DNA of 43,104 bases from Sulfuritalea sp. (lineage in GTDB: Bacteria; Pseudomonadota; Gammaproteobacteria; Burkholderiales; Rhodocyclaceae), in contig JAGXSN010000180.1 of the NCBI GenBank assembly GCA_018333815.1, forward strand, positions 1 to 43,104, written 5' to 3'. The notes beneath the pieces were generated by a model that did no database searches, had not been told where the DNA came from, and worked only from the letters and a program-made list of their open reading frames with translations. Shown in pieces: positions 40,858 to 43,104 of this stretch. Positions within the stretch are counted from its first letter, which is position 1. Each line of letters starts with the position of its first letter. The translations under genes and the position numbers were made by a program.

Positions 40858-41475
40858 CTATTTGTTGACCGGTGAGGCCGGATCGAGTAACAGGGCGACA
40901 AGGTCGACGATCTGCTCGGGCTTCAGGGCGCCGACGTGGCCGAAGCGCGGCATATCGGAGCAGGCGCTGAATGCCTTGGCGTTGTAGATTTTGGCGTAGG
41001 TGTACCTCTGGATCTCGGGCGAATTGCCGCGCAGCTTGCCATACCCGAGCAGACTCGGGCCGACGGTGCCGAAAGCCTGTTCATTCGGACCGATCTGGTG
41101 GCAGTTGTAGCAGCTGCCGCCGACTGCGCCGCCGGCGCCGTCCGTCCAGGTGAATCCACGGCCGCTTTGCGCCAGGGTTTCGCCCTTCTTCCAGTCGCCC
41201 ATCAGCTTGCCGTCGGCGGGATATTTCACCAGCGCCAGTTGCTTGGCTTCGAGCCGTTTCGTATTTTCGGGCGACGGGTTGTTGGCGGTGCGGTTGCAGA
41301 TCAACTGCACCATGTCCTCGGCGAGACGGTCGAGACTGGCCTGACCGCGCGGGTTGAAGTCGCGCTTGACGGCTTCGAGGGCCTTGGCGCGGGCCGCAGC
41401 AGTGTCGGCCAGGGCGAAGGGCGTGGCAAAGAGCGAGACTATGGCGGCGGAAACGACAACGAGGTTCTTTGGCAT
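40858..41475 (-). CDS. soxX: Sulfur oxidation cytochrome c SoxX
   Basis: GDWKKGE, CYNCH, GTVGPSL, MPRFG, DPASPVNK. Confidence 0.95.
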   Translation of the reverse strand: MPKNLVVVSAAIVSLFATPFALADTAAARAKALEAVKRDFNPRGQASLDRLAEDMVQLICNRTANNPSPENTKRLEAKQLALVKYPADGKLMGDWKKGETLAQSGRGFTWTDGAGGAVGGSCYNCHQIGPNEQAFGTVGPSLLGYGKLRGNSPEIQRYTYAKIYNAKAFSACSDMPRFGHVGALKPEQIVDLVALLLDPASPVNK

Positions 41476-41489
41476 GATGTTCTCCCAGT

Positions 41490-42329
41490 TCAGCGCTTGA
41501 TGCCGGGGCCTTTGTAAAGCTGGCCGTTCGCGGTGCCGGTCATGTAGGTCAGCAGATAAGTGATCGTGTCGGAAACATACTTCGGTTCGGGAAAGCGTTG
41601 CTGCCGGAAGCAGTCGTTCATGCGCCACTGCGAGGTCAGCATCACCCCGCCCGTCATGCGGTAGCCCGGCCAGCCGAGCACGCCCCGGATGGCGCCCTCG
41701 GGCCGGGCCAGGTTGGGCAGGTTCTGCATGCGGATGCGCTTGCCGTCGGTGCCATGGCAGGTGTTGCAGGAGAAATCGAAGGGGCCGGCGCGGAACGAGG
41801 CGATTTCCTTGCCGATGGCCCAGGCTTCCTTGACCTTCGGCTCCTTCATCGGCACCGCGAACTTCATGTTGCGCGATTGGCCGGCGACGAAGGTGACGAG
41901 GTCGGTGATTTCAGGTGCGTTGGCGTCGTTGGGGCCCTGAAAGGGTTTCCTGGCGATGTCCTCGAACTTGAAGCCCTGCTTCTCCACCATGCACCAGACG
42001 ATGCGGCGTTCCATGTCCATGACCTTGTCGGCGTCGGGATAGTAGCGGGGACTGGCGACGTAGGCGCCCTCGACCTTGCCGATACCCAGGCCCAGGTCGC
42101 AGGTCTCGGCCAGCGAGGCGTTCTTCGGTCCGCGCTTTGCGTTCCAGAGTCCCTCCCCTTTCATCTCGTTGAGTTCGGCCGGGTTGCTGGCCTCCATTTC
42201 GGCGCGAAATTTCGCGAACTCCGCGTCCGCCTTGGCGTGGTCTATGCTGTCCGCCTGGGCGAAGGCGCCGCTCGTCAGACTTAATGCGGCAACTGCGCCG
42301 CACGCGCCGATGGCGTGCAGTGTTCTCAT
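41490..42329 (-). CDS. soxA: Sulfur oxidation cytochrome c SoxA (monoheme)
   Basis: Single CNTCH heme motif, WPGYR, RMNDCFRQQR active-site Cys, GPGIKR. Confidence 0.95.
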   Translation of the reverse strand: MRTLHAIGACGAVAALSLTSGAFAQADSIDHAKADAEFAKFRAEMEASNPAELNEMKGEGLWNAKRGPKNASLAETCDLGLGIGKVEGAYVASPRYYPDADKVMDMERRIVWCMVEKQGFKFEDIARKPFQGPNDANAPEITDLVTFVAGQSRNMKFAVPMKEPKVKEAWAIGKEIASFRAGPFDFSCNTCHGTDGKRIRMQNLPNLARPEGAIRGVLGWPGYRMTGGVMLTSQWRMNDCFRQQRFPEPKYVSDTITYLLTYMTGTANGQLYKGPGIKR

Positions 42330-42365
42330 AGTCTCCTCCGTTGTTGTAGTCGGTGTTTCGGGTGT

Positions 42366-42677
42366 TCAGGCGACGGTGGTTTCGTCGCTGCGTTTGGCGC
42401 CCCTGTTGTCGGTCCAGGAGACGGTGACCTTGTCGCCGGGTTTGGCACCTCTGACCTTGAAGCCGAAGACGGGGTTGCGCGAAACGGCGGCGGCGGTTTG
42501 CCCGGAGACGACGGTCTTGCCGTTCAGGGCGACGGTGAGGGTCTGGATGAAGTGGGCCGGGATGGTCTTGCCGTCGGCGTCCTTGCGCTGGCCGGTTTCC
42601 ATCGGGTGACTCATCAGGACGCGGATGTCACAGACATCGCCCTTGATCTGGGCGCGGATTTTCATCGGATCTGCCAT
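42366..42677 (-). CDS. soxZ: Sulfur carrier protein SoxZ
   Basis: HPMETGQRKD, PAHFI, VSRNP, W.DN.G. Confidence 0.97.
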   Translation of the reverse strand: MADPMKIRAQIKGDVCDIRVLMSHPMETGQRKDADGKTIPAHFIQTLTVALNGKTVVSGQTAAAVSRNPVFGFKVRGAKPGDKVTVSWTDNRGAKRSDETTVA

Positions 42678-42707
42678 GGTAGGTTTCCTTTTCCTGGTCG
42701 GGTGGGA

Positions 42708-43104
42708 TCAGCCGCCGCAGCCGCCGACGGTGACCTTGATTTCGCGCTGGGCGTTATAGACTTTGCCGTCGGCCCTGGCGATGGCCTGGACGATGGTGGT
42801 CTCGGCGAGCTTGAGCCGCACCGAGACATCGCCCAGCGCGCCGCCGGCGAACTCGAAATAGGCCGACAGCGGGAACGGGTTCTTGCGCGCCAGGATGGCG
42901 ACATAGGTGGTGTTGGGGATGCTGCTGGTGACGTCGATCGGCACCACGGCGCCGTTCTCGGCGATCTCCGGAGCGCGCATCACCAGACCGGCATGGGCGG
43001 CGGCGCCCAGGCCGCCGATCGCCTTGAGCGCGGCATCGAGTTCCTTGGCCTCGAACGCCGCCTTGTTCCAGTCGCTGGCATAGGCCAGCGTCGGCTTGAG
43101 CATG
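42708..43104 (-). CDS. soxY: Sulfur carrier protein SoxY (5' end outside window)
   Basis: PEIAENGAVVP and the C-terminal swinging arm VTVGGCGG. Confidence 0.97.
   Translation of the reverse strand, partial: MLKPTLAYASDWNKAAFEAKELDAALKAIGGLGAAAHAGLVMRAPEIAENGAVVPIDVTSSIPNTTYVAILARKNPFPLSAYFEFAGGALGDVSVRLKLAETTIVQAIARADGKVYNAQREIKVTVGGCGG

Noticed and set aside
41490-42329. SoxA with only one CxxCH motif, possibly degenerate
   Set aside because: Monoheme SoxA with a disulfide replacing the first heme is an established type, and the active-site Cys is intact.

Overview
GC-rich betaproteobacterial chromosome segment; gene order and protein families point to Rhodocyclales/Nitrosomonadales, which is an inference. 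It is mostly core genes: valS, holC, pepA, lptFG, an ECF sigma operon, ilvIHC-psd-pssA-leuA, grxD, argH, algZ/algR-like, a PhoA-like phosphatase, apbC-dcd-decarboxylase, hemP, metG, acyP, dnaE, and part of a sox sulfur-oxidation cluster. The 3' end of a group II intron sits at the left edge. The most striking unexplained signal is a non-palindromic 22-bp motif (AAGTCGGCGCYGGCRVGACGGC) present in 7 copies, three of them in-frame inside genes, a distribution like that of a DNA uptake sequence or a chromosome-organising site. Other notable items: an ~80-bp multi-hairpin element at gene junctions (3 copies, one supplying a protein N-terminus), a receptor-fused CheA-like kinase with CheY and CheX but no CheW or MCP, a Pho-box-controlled phosphatase lacking its His metal ligands, a Leu-rich leader ORF before leuA, and an IscR-type box at grxD. 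All calls come from reading the sequence; no searches were run.
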